Positions 12,105 through 28,987 of a stretch of DNA of 64,000 bases are shown piece after piece; positions within the stretch are counted from its first letter, which is position 1; every line of letters starts with the position of its first letter. The notes under the pieces are model-generated. The model did not search any database. It was not told where the DNA came from and worked only from the letters and a program-made list of their open reading frames with translations. The DNA comes from Balamuthia mandrillaris. Its lineage: Eukaryota. The stretch is taken from positions 186,001 to 250,000 of the forward strand of contig JAVKOQ020000023.1 in NCBI GenBank assembly GCA_031835245.2, given 5' to 3'. Position numbers and translations under genes: made by a program.

Positions 12105-13924
12105 TCAGATGAAAAACCAAGAGGCCTGCAGTCTGGTGCCGGGGCTGTTGTCTCGGAGGACGCATGCTCCTGCAGCATCCAAGGCATAGTTTTCCTTGCA
12201 ACCTGCGAGGTTTACAAGAAAGAATGGTCAACTTATATAATATGAAGAAGAAGAAAAACAAAGATAAAACGCACGCAGCACGGCCATGGACTCCCAGTTG
12301 AGAGGGAAGTAGACGCTTCCATCGCCAGCGATGGAGATGGATTGATCATAGACAGCCTCGGTTTCGTTGAAGTGCCACAGTACCTCAAAGCTCTCCAAGT
12401 CCACCGCCACGATCCTGTCGAAAACGGAAAGGTAGTACACTCCGTCCGCTGAGACCGCGCCTGGGGACAACGCGTCCCCGGTGCTGCCTTGGAATGCTCG
12501 GAGGAATCGCACTTTCTCTCCGGTTTGGGGATCCAATCCTACCACCACCAAAGACTCAGTTTGTAAGTCAAGCCAATGCGTGATGATGGCCCTGCTTGTG
12601 CGAAGCGGAGCGGCTCGTTAGGAGACAGGAGAACTGTTTAACAAAAAACGAAAGAATGTACCCATCCACGGGACTGGCAGTAGGGACAAGGTTTTCTGCA
12701 TGATAAGCGCCGTCCTCGAGGTCAGTGATGGCGGTGGCCCAGACCACGTCTCCATTGGTTGTATCCAATGCCACCACCCCTCCGTCAATCAACGTCTGTT
12801 TGATAAACACATTCCAACGTAAGCGTTGACGCCACAGAGTGAGAGAGAGATAGAGAGCGAGAGAGGGAAGAAACAGGAACAAACCACAAACAAGCGAGTG
12901 CCATCTTCGGAGAGCGAGGGAGAACCACCGATTTCATACCCGTCCAGAGAAGAAAGAGGATCCAGCTCAGCCATGGATCGGCTCCAGAGGAGTTCGTTCT
13001 CAGGAAAATGCAAGGCAAACACCACACCGGGATCGTTCCAATCGGTGAAGAAGTAAAAGTTGCCTTGGCCGTCGGTGGCAGGCGTGCAGAACTCCACATA
13101 GTTGTCCAGGGCGTCCCAATACCTGGAGGCGTTGTTGAAGGCTTGGAGGTTGAGGTCAAAGTCGAAGACCATCATCTCTCCATCCGAGTTGAGGACGTAG
13201 ATTAAACCATCCACTATTTTTGTTCCACGTTTAGATAATGAAAAAGTGAAGCTTAGTAAGCAGACCAACAAACAAAAGAATGAAGAATGAAGAATGATAA
13301 TGAATGAAAGAAGAAAAATAAAGAACAATTACCAACAAGGGCGGAGGAGCCATAAAGAGACCAGTCAATGGTGTCCCAACCCGTCTCGATGGAGGTTTGA
13401 GAGGCCAAGTCGAACACTTCGACTGAGTGTTCCGAGAGGACCACCACTTTGCCAGCGTCTGTCACGGTGGGAACTCCGTAATGATACTCCGTCTCCAACC
13501 GGCCTGGCGTCCACTCGCCCTCTCTGTCGAGTTGGTAGAGGGTGAAGTTGGCCGGGAAGTAACTGTTTCCTTGTTGGTCGTGCGCTGCGCCTGCGTTTTC
13601 CCAGTCTTCGGACAGTAACACAACGAACTGACAAACATTAAAAAAAAACAAAAGCACAAAACCGTGATGGAGACAAACAACCAACGGAGTGTTTAGCAAG
13701 TGTTTCCCGATAGGAACACAGAGCAAAGATGAGACGCAAGAATAAGGAGGTACCTCGGTGTTGGCAAGGGAACGAATTGCCCGGGCTGTGGGGTGCACGT
13801 TGGAGTTGCGAAGGTCCGCGTGGGCTTTGCTCCATCCGGCAGCCAGCTCCTGACCCTGTGTCCCTGACAATACCAGCAACAAGGAAGCAGCACAGACGAG
13901 TCCCAACCACAGTGTTGAATGCAT
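12105..13924 (-). CDS. Secreted PQQ-like beta-propeller protein, paralog B
   Basis: GQELAAGWSKAHADLRNSNVHP and DGLIYVLNSDGEMMVFDFDL nearly identical to paralog A; matching intron positions; last exon GCKENYALDAAGACVLRDNSPGTRLQASWFFI*. Confidence 0.7.
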
Positions 13925-14967
13925 TGCCCGAGAGGTTAGTTTGGTTAGTATGTTTCGGCGGCCGAAAATAAAGGACAACAGGAACAAACAAAAAATTCTT
14001 ACTTGGAATGTTTCATTAATAACGGCTGGTTTATTATGTTGTTGAGCGAACCGGCAGTTTAACATGTTAAAAGGAAAAAACGAAGCAAAGGACGCATGAG
14101 GTTTTCATTATGCACGGAGACACGGCCGATAGTGCTCATAAAGGGCGGATATCACCCGACCGGATATCTAAATGATCTGAATGAACAGCAGCAAACGGAG
14201 CTTTGTTGCTTCCACCGTTATTCACCAACACTTGGCCAGCGTTTAATCCTTGGTTAGTGAATCTCAGCCCCTCCGATGGTACTCCAATCGCTACAATTGA
14301 TTCTTCTCCGCTCTCTCCGTTAGGTGTTCTCTAGCTGCTTTCGTGATGTTACAGTCCTTCAAAGATGAAGAGGGATAAACAGCGGAGAGGGCGTCGCATC
14401 TTTGTGCTTTCCTTTGGTGGGTTCCACATCTACACCATGCTACTCGAGGTTACTACACTTAGGGTCTGAAATCGGACCAATCCGTGAGAGAGACTTCGGC
14501 CATTTCGGAGTTGTTCTATTCGTCCTGCTCTTATTCTTCTTTCTTCACAGATAGAGCCGGATCAGGAGAACGATGGAGAAGAAGACCACCACGTTCTCTC
14601 TTTCTCTGAACTAATGTACGGCAATCGTAGCCAGTTGTAGCGCCTGTTGATGAGATACAATTCACTGTGGATAATGGGGTAGGAAGGGGGAGAATATGAA
14701 GCAGGACTCTGATGAAGAGGAAGCCTCTCTCCTCTTTCCCTGCGTCCTCCTCGCCTGCGATGACGGTGGATTCGCGCTCCTTTAATAGGTTTAGCGCCAT
14801 TTCGAAGAAGAACGAAAACTCTCTCGTTCCACTCCCCTCTCCTTACTCGCCGCGCGTGCAGGACATGGTACACGGAGAGAACAAGTAGCGACTGCGCCTG
14901 ATCCATGTGGTTGTTTAAAGCCCATGCGACCACGAGGTTTTTCAGTCTGCCATTGTACACAGCTGAG

Positions 14968-15020
14968 CGTGGGCTTTGCTCCACCCTCTAGCAAGCTCTT
15001 GGCCCTGCCGACACCGCCAA
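14968..15020 (-). pseudogene. Relic fragment of exon 1 of the beta-propeller gene family
   Basis: Encodes QGQELARGWSKAHA; DNA closely matches 5075-5125 of paralog A, with no upstream ATG or signal peptide and no downstream homology. Confidence 0.65.
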
Positions 15021-15059
15021 GTTATATATAACCACAAAATAGCTGCAAAGCACAAGTAT

Positions 15060-17218
15060 TTAGGCCATGCGGACGAAACCACAGATGAGAGAGATCTTGA
15101 GGGTGGCATAGACCTCCTCGTTGCAGAAAAACTCTGTAAAGTTATGTTTTGCCTGCGGGAAGTGTAGCCCCTTGGCGTCGCCGTTGGCCAACTTTGTGAG
15201 AAGCCTTTCAAAGAAGCTCAGCTCGTCCAACCGCCGCAATGTGGCCTCAAATTGTTGCTCTCCAGAAAGGTAGGTCCTCCCCTCTTTGTCCAAGTGATAG
15301 AACGGTCCTCGGTAGGTGGTTCCCTCCAGCTCTCCTCTCATCAACGTCGTGTCATTGCTCAATCTTGTGTAGCTGTAGTGGTGGACCATGAGCATGCGCA
15401 TCAGGCGGCTGGTGTTCAACCTGGGACAGGCTACCTCCAGCCCAAAGTGGTACTGCCCGCTCTTCCAACGAAACTCGCTACCATGGAGCAACAAGGTCTC
15501 TCCGTCATCGTCGTTGAAGATGATACCACCCTTGCTCAAGCTGGTTTCCTGTTCCTCTGACAGCTTTTGTTCCGACAGTCTCACCGGGGTTGGGGATTGT
15601 ATGTTGGCGTAGACGACCTCCTTGGAAGGTCGCACCAACGTCCAAAAGGGAAGCGGATGCTTCTTTGCTTCCCCTTCCATTTCGTCTCGAGAAGCAGCAA
15701 CTTCAGATGAAGAAGCAGACGAAGCAGACGAAGATGAAGAAGACCATTTGGCAGAAAGAGGAAAGTACGGCTTGCCCCTGGTTGTAGAGAGCGGGATGCA
15801 CTGTAGGAGATTATGTGCCTGGCTGAAGCTAGCAAACACCGGCTGCATGTCAAAGAAAGTCGGAGCTGTACCAGCCATGCTCCCTCCGTAGCCATAGCTG
15901 CCCTCTACCCAAACCGTGAGGAAAGGGAGATATGGCAGGCGATTGGGTGCCACGCAGCTGGAGCAGATATACTCGATCATCTCGGGAGTTGGCACCAACA
16001 GGATGTCTTGCTGTAGGTCCAACAGGCTGGAGAAGGCGCCAGTCGGGATAGAAAAGGTGGCGTTGTCCGGTTTGGTAGTTTGGTGAGGATCGCGAGGGCG
16101 AGGGTTCTTGCGCCGACGTTTCTTCTCGGTGCTTTCATCTTCTTCTTTGTTGCTTTGTGCATCTTCTTCGTCTTCTTCTTGTTGTGGATCCTCATCGGAG
16201 GCGTTGATGAATGGACGAAGAGCTAGCTCTTCAGGAATTGATAGAGTGGAGCATGATTCAGCAGAGGGTTCTAAGGAAGGAGAAGGGGCAGTGACATCCA
16301 ACAACACGTTCTTGGGATCGATGTTGAAGTAGTCCACCAGCTGCCAGTCCATCTGGTGTTGAGGCACGTACATCCTCATCATGATCCTGTAAATGGTGTC
16401 AAAGCTTTCGTGGGTGATGCCCATGCTCTCCTCTTCCTCCTCCCCACCAAAGTGGATGTTGATGATCGGCTGCCTTCCCTCCTCCAAGCCTCGGAAGCGA
16501 ATGTAGCCTGCCATCTTGTTCTCAAACGCCATCACGTTGGACAGAGGCATCACATACACCTGTCCCTCCGACCCCTCGAAGGAGGCCACCACCAACCTTT
16601 CCTTTCCGTCTTCTTTGCCGTGGTTGCTCTTGCTCTTGCTCTTGCTCTTGCTGTTGCGGGGAGTGGCCCAGAGGTTGAAAGTGAGGATCTGCTTGTAGCC
16701 ACGACGAAGGAGAGCGCCCTCATGACAAAGGTCCTTGCGGAAGAGGACCGCATGCTTCGGGGTGATGGAAGCCTTGGAGGTGTGCGTGAAGAAGCGATTG
16801 AGGTGAAACACCGTCTCCCCGCCCTCGCAGTCGGCATCCACGCAGAGGATGAGGGTGAACTCCTCCAGAAGGTTGGAGGAGAGGCTGAGAAAGTCCTCGT
16901 GAGCGGAGAAGAAGTCCCCCTCCGCATACTTGATGAAGGTCAGGTTGTTGCGCACCAGGAAGAAGTAGTTGTGGCAGCCATCCACCGCGTTGACTTGTCC
17001 ACCAGGGCTTGGGCCAGGCGAAAGCTCTCCCCGTCGCTCAAGGTCTTGAAGAGGGAGCGCCGTTTGCCCTGGTCGACGTGTTTGCGGGCCTCCAGGCGGT
17101 TGTAGAGCTCGGAGGGGTGGAACTCCCCCTGGTCCCGCTTGCAGTGGGCGATGAGGGCGGTGACGATCTCATCGTACTCCCCGTCAATCACCCCAAACTC
17201 TTTGATGAACTCGCACAT
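15060..17218 (-). CDS. Intronless 2OG-Fe(II) oxygenase (P4H-like) with long C-terminal extension; apparent single-base frameshift near 16996
   Basis: FIKYAEGDFFSAHED..FTLILC..CEGGET..HEG..GYK gives the HxD...H...K signature; ORFs 16940-17218 and 15060-16985 join (DK-VNAVDGCH) if one G is added in GACAAG^TCAAC. Confidence 0.75.
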
Positions 17219-17509
17219 TTTTTTGGAAGATAAGGTCTATAGTAGTTGTGGTCCGGTTGCACCTCTCGAGGCAAAGGATAGAGAACAGATGGTTACAGTT
17301 TGCGTTCGGTCGTCGTTTGTTTGGTTGAAATGAATCCAATTATTTCGTTATTTATTACGAAACATCAACATTCCAATCTATTCTTGGAAAAAATTTACTA
17401 GCTTCCATGAGTCGACAGTAAATATCCAGTCGACAGTAAAAGAACGAATTGTATTCATTCTTTTAATTCCTCAAATTTTTGAAATTCCAGCACAAACAGA
17501 AGAAAGAAA

Positions 17510-21252
<3,743 letters not shown>

Positions 21253-21315
21253 TGAAGAAAAACTTTATTACCCGTTTGATCGACCGTTCTCGTTTGCAAC
21301 TTCAGCATTCAGCAT

Positions 21316-24300
21316 CTATTGTTGTTGTGCTGTGGTCTCTGCTTCATTCTTTTGTTCTTCTTGTTTTTCTTGTTGTGAAGCGGAAGAAGCAGGAGGAGGA
21401 GAAGTTAGAGCAGAAGATGGAGAAGGAGGCTGCGTTGTCATCATGCTCATCATATTCATTCTTTCGTTCTCTCCATTCAACTTTTCAACAGAAGAAGGAG
21501 GCACAAAAGAACTGGATTCTTCCTCTTCATTTGCATCAAGTGAATCGTTCTCAAATTCATAGCTGTTGTCATCATCGTCGTCCTCAAAGATAAAACCAGA
21601 AACAGAGGAAGAAGACGCGTTGGGTTGATCCGTTTTGGAGAAGGTCATCAAGGAAGAGCTTTTACTTCGTTTGTGGCACTTTCTTCGCCATCGGAGGCCG
21701 CATGCATTGCAAAGTGTTCGTGGTCCATTTGGTCCTCTTCTCCATTCTGTAGGCACATTACAAAGTCTTAAAAAAAAGGGAAAAGAAAGGACTCGATGAG
21801 AGAATTCACAAACCAGGAGTTTGGCTGGTGTTGCACTCTGCACAGAGTTGAAGAGGCTCAATCTTTGGTCCTTTGAGCATTGTGGCCATTGGGATGTTGT
21901 TATCAACTGATCCCATCCCCACAATATTGACTCTAACCTGAAGAGCCCCTCCCATGGAAGAAGATAATGAAGAAGTTGTCCCGTTCACTATGTTTGAAGG
22001 GAAAGAGGAAGAGGAAGAGGGGGATGGGGATGGGGAAGGTGAAGGAGAACGAGAGGGAGAGGGAGAAGGAGAGTTGCCGATGCTGGTGCGTAAGAGAGGA
22101 GAAGAAGCTGAAGAAGCAGAAGGAGAGACCTTCAAGTTTAAGTTCAACTCTCCCATCATCATCTTTGGAGAAGAGGCAGACAAAGTAGCAGTTGAGAAAG
22201 ATGAAGATGAGGACAATGATGCTGATGAAGTTGGAGATGAAGAAGAAAGAACAAATGAAGGAGGATCGAGTTTCTCTCTTTTAACACTGATTGAAGTTGG
22301 TGGCGGTGTCATGGAATATATGCCTCCGTTACCGGTCCCGTTGCCACCACCTCTGCCCATAGAGGGCAATAAAGGTGGACCTTCATCGTTGCGTTCACGT
22401 CTTCCATCCTCACGTCCGCTGCCGCCAATCGGACCCCACCCAAAAACCTGCTGATGTTGCTGTGGTGTTGGTTGCGAAGGAGAACTTCTCTTTTCCTGCT
22501 CTTCCTCACGAAAGGAAGAAGAAGACGAGGACGATGCAGAAGCAGAGGTAGAAGAGAAAGAAGAAGCCGCTGTAGGTGGCACCGGAGCGATAGGAACTGG
22601 AGATGAAGAAGGCACAGGAGACGTGTATTGCTGGTGAGTTTGTGGTGGTCGTTGCTGGGATTGTTGCTGTTGCTGTTGCTGCTGTTGTTGCTGCAGATTT
22701 TGTTGAGGTAATTGTACGTGTGACCATTCTGTTGATTTCAAGGGCATATGCTGCTGTTGTTGCTGTTGTTGGTGTTGATGTTGACTATAGTATTGGTTTT
22801 GGGTTGTTGAAAAAGTAGGGAAGGAGGTGGATGAAGCGTTACTGTGGGAAGAGGGTGACATAAAGGCATTTGGTATAGCGTGGCGTTGAGCTCTTAGGGC
22901 ATGTTGTGGTGCCACGTATTGATGAGCGTATGTATCTCTTTGTAGTTGGTGATGCTGTTGTTGGTATTGATGATGCTGTTGTTGTCGTAGCCGATAGGCA
23001 TGAAAGACTTCTTGTTGTGGATATTGTTGTTTTTGCTGATCGCGCTGTTGTGGAGGGGGCTGAGGAACAAAAGAAGCAACAGTCGTTGTCGTAGCAGAAA
23101 TAGCAGAGGAAGAAGAGGAAGAGGAGGCAGAAGATGAACCAGTAGCAGCAGTAGCAGCGGCTCCTGAAGGCTCAGAAGACTCAAGAGTTGCAGCAGGCTC
23201 GCTGTTTGAAGTCGTGGTAGTATCTGTGTTAGATGCAGCAGAAGAAGGAAAAAGGAGATGGTGATGAGAATAATAGTTGTCGAGAAGAGGAGAGGAAGGC
23301 GGGGTCAATACAGTAGTCGATGCAAATGCATCAGCGGTTACTGATACTGTTGCATTGGCATCGTCAGAGAGGTTAAGAGGAGCTGAGGAAGTAAAAGACG
23401 AGACAGAGGAAGAAGAGGAAGGTGTGTGTGATTGTTGCTGTTCAGAAAGAGAGCTATAGCTTTGAACAGAAGTGCCGTCAAAGAAAAAATGTTGCTGCAT
23501 CAAATACGAGTGTTGTTGCCATTGGTTTTGTTCTTGTTCCTGTTTTTGTCCTTGTTCTTGTTCTACTCGTTGTTGTGGTTCTTGTTGTTGCAGTTGTGAC
23601 GAAGTGGTAAGGTCGTTGTGGATGGAAGAAGGTGACAGTGTGACTGAAGATAACGAAGAAGAAAAAGTGGTGGATGGAAACGCAGTGTTCTGCTCTTGTT
23701 GTTGCTTTTGTTCTGATAAGTTTTCTTCTACTGCAGCCGGAACAACAGTTGTAGTTGTTGGCTCAAGACTCAAAGAATCGGCAGAGCTGCTGTTGTTGGA
23801 ACTACTCGCAAACTTTTCCAACGACGTTCTGGCAGTTGCTGTTCCTTCGATCTGACTGAGACTCACAAAGGTGTTCGAAGTAGGAGGAGGAGGAGAGGTA
23901 AGAGATAAGTGCGTCGCCAGGGTTTGTGGAGAACGGGTCGTAGTGCTAGGAGGTGACTTAGAGCGCGATCGTTGTTGTTCTTTTTCTTCTTCTGCTCCTC
24001 CTTCTTCTTTTAGTCTTCCTTCTGGATGATGATACAGCGATGAAGGATGAGAATGAGGATGAGCCGACGAGGCACTGTTATTGTTGTAGGTTCTGTTTGT
24101 TTGTTGTTCTGCTGGTTGAGAACCCTCCCGATGACCCCTCGCCACGAAGGTGACCTTCTCTCTCAAAATCGCAATAAAGTGCTCTCTCATCGAGCGCACA
24201 TAACTACAAAGGCCCGCCAACGCCGTCATCGCATCCAGCTGATCCACTACCAAATCGATCCTCTCATTCTCCAAAAAGACATTCATCACCAGCGTGAGCA

Positions 24301-27300
24301 TCGGCTGCATGCCCATCCCACAGTGCTTGAACAACTGAGCGTTCTGCTGAGAGTTTTGCAGGAAGAGTGTGGAACGATCTAGAGCCAGCCAACGAAAGCC
24401 AGCAGTGCGATAGAACTCTGCAGCTATGGCATGAGTGGATTGGGTGAACTCAAGGAAGAGGTGAGGAGGAAGAGGGTCATCACTGCTTTGGATGTGGCGC
24501 AGCTCTTGCTCGATACCCTGGATGGCTTTGACGAGCTTGTACTCGGTGCTGTCTTCGTTGGAGTGGATGGTTTTCATGCGAAGCCGTTCGCGTTCGCGTT
24601 CTTCACGTTCTTTCTGTTTTTCGTTCATGTGTGCGTGTGGTTCTGTGCAAGTGTTTGTAAAATGTTGATGTTTGGTGTTGGCTTCTTGTTTCACTGTCGT
24701 TGTCTTCTGTTCTTCGTTTCTGTGTTGTTTCGGTGAAGGAAGGTTTTCCTCGTCCTCAATACTTGAGGAGGAAGAGAGAGGAGAAGACGTTGAATAAGGA
24801 GAGGAGGTTTGTCGTTTGCTTCTCTTCTTTCTCATTTCGGCTCCTCCTTCATTCTTTCTCTTTTTCTTCTTTTCTCCTTTTTTGCTCTGATTCTTCTCTT
24901 GTGCTTCTTTTTCTTCCTTGATGTTACTTTTGTTAGCTTCGTCAGCAGCTTGATTTTCAGTCTTCGTTTTGATGAGACTTGTCGCCATCAATATATTCAC
25001 ATACAATCGACAAAGGGCGTTGATGTGATGAATGTTGCGAATGCTGACTGGAAATGCAAGGGAAGAAGACTCTGCAACAGGTGGTTGTGATTGTGATTGT
25101 TCTGGAAGAGACTCTTTTCCTTTCTTTCTCTTGTTGCTCTTTGTTTGTTCGTGTTTCTTTTTCTTCTTTTGTTGTTTGCTCTGCTGCTTCCTTTTTGTTG
25201 TTTGCTTTTTTCTCTTTCGAGTTTCTGATGTTTGTGTTTCCTCCGCTTCATCTCCTTCGCCTTCTTCATCCTCCCCTTTTGTTTCTTCCTCTTCTGCTCC
25301 TCGCGCTTGTTCTGCTTCTTCTCCTTCGTTAAAGCAGGTTCTTTCAGCAGGTTGGTAGAAGGGTAACGCCACAACACGATTGTACTCTTTCTTCAACCAA
25401 AGAAGTTCTCGTTGTTGCTTGACTTTTTCCCATAATTGTAATTCTTCGGGTTGCATCGTTGCTTTTGCGTCTTCTTCCATTCTCTCATTTCTTTTTCTAC
25501 TGCCCTCTCGTGCTCCTTCCTCTTCCTCATCTTCCTCTTTCACTTCTTTCTTTTTCTTCTCGTTCGGAGAAGTAGCACGGTAAGCAGGAAGAAGGGGAGG
25601 AGGATCCGCTTCAGCGACCGAAGCAAAAAGCCGCAGCATGAAAGAGAAGTAGAGGCATCGAAGGTAAACCGTGCTGTTCTCCGCTCCCAACCTGTGACAG
25701 ATGTCCATAGCCACTTTGAGGAAAGTAGCAATCAACGCAGGATCGGTACCACCAAACGCGCAAAAGGCCATCGCCAAAACAGCTTCCGCTATGACGTAAT
25801 CGGTGGAGTGTTGGAACGGAAGAAGGTGATGTTTTGCGCGCTGATAGAATTCTTCGGAAGCTTTTTCATCACCGACATGAAATGCACCTTTTGTATTGAA
25901 GTGTTGAGTTGGGGGGGAACAGAGAAAAGAGGAAAAAAATAAAAACGACGAACCTAGAGCCAACACGAGATACACACAAAGACGAAGAGGTGTGCCCTTT
26001 TCTTCCGCCGCATTCGACTGTGCGTTGTTGCTTCGTTTCTGCCGTCGATGTTGCTGACGCTTGTTATCACTTCCGTTATGATCATTATTATGTTCGCTTT
26101 CGGCAGAAGCAGCGGTGGAGAGCACATAATGAATGTTACTTTCCTCCATGGCGGCTAAAGGCAAGGGGGTGTAGGCCCACATGTACTGCCGATAGTTCCT
26201 CGCAAAGAAGTAAGCCAGTGAGTGAACTCCTAAACGCGTATCTCCCATCGACAACATTGACCCACTCGGACGTCGTAACTCAGCTCCCACTTCATCATCG
26301 TTGGCTTGTTCTTGTAGGTGATGTTGTGGATACGGGTGCAGGTGTGGAGGTTGATGAGAAGGAGGAGGAGGAGGATGAAAACTTGTTGCTGGTCCAACGC
26401 TGGAAGTTTTTAAGTTGTTTTCTTGGTGACGAGGATAAGCATGATTAGGGGCATATTGAGGAGGGTAGGGTTGAGGATGTGGGCGTTGCTGCTGCTGAAG
26501 TGCTCTTTGTCGCCATTGTTCTTTCTGGAGTTCCCTCTCCCGCAACATCAGCATCATCAACGCTTGTTTTGAGGTAACGCCACCGCTATTGTTATTCGTA
26601 TTGCTGTTGTCTTGTTGAGCAGAAGGAGGCGGTGGAGAGGAAGACCGAGACATCATTGTCGTTCTTTGCGTCGGTTGTGGAGGTGATGGAGCCGAAGCCA
26701 ACGGTTCGTGCATGAAACGACCTACGTTTTGTTGGATTTGTTGCTGCAATTGCTGTTGACGATGGTGTTGTGCTGCGGCAACAGTGGTGGTGCTTCCCCT
26801 TCTTCCTCCTTTTCCTGAGCCCTCTCCAGTCCCTTCCTTGTCATTCGGTCTTGTCATCATCATAGAATCCTGACCAACAGGAATTTGGTGATGATAGTGT
26901 GGTGGTTGCTGCATTTTTTGCATTTGTTGTCTGGGTTGCTGTTGTTGAAGAGAAGTGTGTTGAGCTCGAGATTGTTGTTTATGTGCCTCGTAATGTTGTT
27001 GTTGGTCCTGTTGCTTGATAAGAGCTGTAGGATTAATCGACGTTGTACCGCCACGGCCAAAATATACAGCCGCAGAAGGATGAGAATGTGGGCGTTGCTG
27101 CTGTGATTGTTGCTGTTGGTGCTGCTGAGCGAAAACTGCCGATGAAATTGCTCCTCTACCTTGAAATTGCTGCGACTGTTGTTGTGGTTGTTGCGATTGC
27201 GGTTGTGGTTGGTTTGTACGTGGTGAAGATGAAGTAGAAGAGGAAGCAAATGCATCATCTTGTGGTTGGCTCATGAGATTAACATCAGAGTGTTGTGGGT

Positions 27301-28987
27301 GTGTGTTAAGTAAAGAAGGAGAAGTTGAGGCTGCTGTTACAGAAGCTACATTGTTGTTGTTGTTGTTGTTACTGTGGGCAGTAGGAGTAGACGGAGATGG
27401 AGATACGGAAGCAAAAGAAGGAGAAGAAGAATGCATTGGCGTGTGCTGATGCTGTTGCGGATGCTGTTGCGAGTGAGGTTGCGACTGTTGTTGATGATAT
27501 GCTTCTTGGTACCCGTCACTGCCGCCGCCACTTGAACGTAGTTGTTGCTGCATTGATTGTTGTGATTGACCGTGTGGGTGACGGTAATGTGGATACCGAG
27601 AAAGTTGTTGTTGGTATTGGTGGTCCTTTTGAGGAGGGGGATAATGAGGCGAAGGAGGAGATGGAGCAAGATGAGGCTGCGAAGGATGAGGATGGGAGTA
27701 TCCATAAGGACTTGCTCCTCGAAAATGCTGAGAAGGATACTGCTGGTCATGATGGTAATAAGAAAAGGGAGGAGCGCGTGATTGCTGTGGTTGCTGTTGT
27801 TGAAAAGTATGATGAGGAGAACTTGCTGCTCCTTCTGTTGTTGTTGTCGTTTCTTCCATATCCACGCCACTCATCATCATGGCTAACAAGCTTTGTTCTC
27901 TTTGTTGTTCCATCTCCTGAAATTGGCGATGGGAATGAGGATGAACATGAGGATGAGAAGAGGCCATAGCAGTGGCAGAAGGCGGAGCGACACCAGCAGC
28001 AGTGTTGGCAGGAGTGAGAGGATGGATTTGTGGTGGTTGTTCCACTCTGTTGTTGGAGAAGACAGCGGTCGTGGTAGCAGTGCCACGCCTTCCTCCGCGG
28101 GAGCCTCTCCCTCCTCCTCTTCCTCCCACCGGCCCCGTTGCTCCTCTTGTCATCATCATCGCGTTGTTCATGTGTTCGTTCAAGAGTTGGTGCTGATGTT
28201 GCTGTGGGCTTAACTCTGTCTTGTTTGCTGTGTTCGCAGAGGTGTTGCCTCTGCCTCGCTTTGATGAGGCATTGCCTCTGCCTCGACTCCCTCCTCTTGC
28301 TCCTCCTCTTTGACTCACAGCTCCGGTAGAAGAAGACGATGAAGAGGCAGCAGAGGGCGGCAAAGGTTCTATTCGTATTCCAGCGGCGGGAGTAGAAGCG
28401 GTCGGGAAGGAGGTGGAGTAAGCAGGTGGAGGAACGGAAGAAGCCGGAGAGGCGGTGGCGGTAGAAGAAGAAGAAGAGGGAAAGGCGGGTTGTTGCATGT
28501 AGGATCTATAATGCGGGGAGTGCGGGTGTGTTGGGGGCAGAGCGAAAGAGGCGTGAGGAGAAGAAGAAGCAGCGGAGGAGGAGGAGGCTGACGTTGGAGG
28601 AAGGGAAGAAGAGGCATTGTTGGCGGGGCTGGCGTAGTTGTTGTTGTTATACGTTTGCCAGGTGGCGACTCCTCCTCTTCCTCCTTCTGCGGAAGACGCG
28701 GTCGCCGACATCATCAGCATGGCGGCAGTGGGGGGCGAAATCTTCATGTGTCGTTCCATCTGGGCTTGTTCCTGTGCCGGAGATGGACGGTGAGGTGGTT
28801 GTTGTGGGGCGTTGTTGTTGCTGTTGTTGTTGTTGGAGGAAGCAGCAGAGGAGGTGGCAGCTGCGGCAGAGGCGGCAAAGAGGGAGGGAGAGATGAAGTG
28901 GGAGCGGCCGGGGCCTCCCACCATCGCTTTGTTGTTGCTGCTGTTGGTTTGCTTGCCAGAGATGACTTCATCCCATTCACACCACAT
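21316..28987 (-). CDS. Very large Q/S/H-rich transcription factor with central helical domain and C-terminal GATA zinc finger
   Basis: [33 protein letters not shown] across intron 21747-21813; in-frame intron 25888-25953; start uncertain (ATG 28987 or the MVGGPG ATG near 28924). Confidence 0.8.

Noticed and set aside
14531..14984. ORFs 14562-14984 and 14531-14800 downstream of the relic exon
   Set aside because: No recognisable homology or exon structure
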